Virus record (IMG/VR): IMGVR_UViG_3300045988_117571
Span: 1 to 41,554 of that record
Reading direction: 5' to 3' (one strand)
Origin: a virus
Length of the DNA: 41,554 nucleotides
Notes under the pieces: model-generated
Told to the model about the DNA's origin: nothing
Database searches by the model: none
The model's input: only the letters and a program-made list of their open reading frames with translations
Shown here: positions 41,334-41,554 of the stretch, piece after piece
Numbering within the stretch: the first letter of the stretch is position 1
Layout: the number at the start of each line of letters is the position of its first letter
Made by a program: the position numbers and the translations under genes

Positions 41334-41481
41334 GAAATACACTCGGGAGGCCCTGCTGCAAAGCAAGAGGTTTGCGGGGTATCAGCGGGATTTCCTCGCT
41401 GTGGTCCTGAGCAAGCCCGAGTACACCCTGAAAGAGGCCGAGAAGGCCGTGCAAGACTTTTTTGGAAAGGACGGTGGTTGA
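41320..41481 (+). CDS. Small hypothetical protein spanning into the terminal repeat (53 aa, below the ORF-track cutoff)
   Basis: The ATG at 41320 overlaps the end of the upstream gene. Hand translation gives MDKTKKYTREALLQSKRFAGYQRDFLAVVLSKPEYTLKEAEKAVQDFFGKDGG, with the stop TGA at 41479..41481, 2 nt before the sheath ATG. Confidence 0.5.
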   Translation: MDKTKKYTREALLQSKRFAGYQRDFLAVVLSKPEYTLKEAEKAVQDFFGKDGG

Positions 41482-41554
41482 TCATGGCAGGTGGAACCTG
41501 GACTGACCAGAATAAAGTGCGCCCCGGCGTATACATCCGCTTCACCACGGGCCG
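41456..41554. repeat. Terminal direct repeat, identical to 1..99
   Basis: Same 99 nt as the window start. Confidence 0.95.

Noticed and set aside
1-41554. tRNA, rRNA, CRISPR arrays, transposases and insertion sequences.
   Set aside because: - The non-coding gaps are short (at most about 430 nt).
- None shows a cloverleaf-like structure, regularly spaced repeats or terminal inverted repeats flanking a transposase.

Overview
The window is a complete, circularly closed genome of a tailed dsDNA phage. The first 99 nt (1..99) are identical to the last 99 nt (41456..41554), so the unique length is 41,455 bp. No tRNA, rRNA, CRISPR array, integrase or transposase is visible.

Gene layout: there are two arms that diverge from a control region at about 30.9-31.3 kb and converge at about 13.8 kb.
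- The plus-strand late arm runs 31333 -> 41481 and continues through the circular junction to 13807. It encodes TerS, a PBSX-family TerL, a DUF1073-type portal and an SPP1 gp7/Mu F-like head morphogenesis protein. A DUF2213 scaffold-like protein, two paralogous cement/decoration-like proteins and a DUF2184-type major capsid protein follow, then connector proteins.
- The same arm then encodes a PBSX/Xkd-like contractile tail: sheath, tube, a chaperone with a -1 frameshift, tape measure, baseplate and fibre. It ends with a lysis cassette (holin plus Amidase_2 endolysin).
- The minus-strand early arm runs 30903 -> 13877. It encodes a C5 DNA methyltransferase, an SNF2 helicase, about ten small Cys-rich ORFs, an XRE regulator, a primase-helicase and a PD-(D/E)XK nuclease. 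It continues with an HD hydrolase, an HNH endonuclease, a Sak4-like ATPase, a DUF669 protein, a family-A DNA polymerase and a nucleotide-metabolism operon.

Strong GGAGG ribosome-binding sites and TTGACA/TGnTATAAT promoters suggest a Firmicutes-type host.

Main points of interest:
1. A PurZ-like adenylosuccinate-synthetase homologue is translationally coupled to a MazZ-N/DUF5664-like pyrophosphohydrolase, a dUTPase and a HAD phosphatase, next to PolA and near an HD hydrolase. This is the signature of a 2-aminoadenine (Z-genome) pathway, here with non-canonical accessory genes in a contractile-tailed phage.
2. The C5 methyltransferase has its motif I-III module at the C-terminus, a circular permutation relative to its own family.
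3. Two long inverted repeats share an identical 19-nt core, one at the control region and one just downstream of the primase-helicase gene.
4. A G8/C8 homopolymer separates two ORFs that would fuse with a one-base change.
5. The tail-fibre locus is compositionally mosaic.
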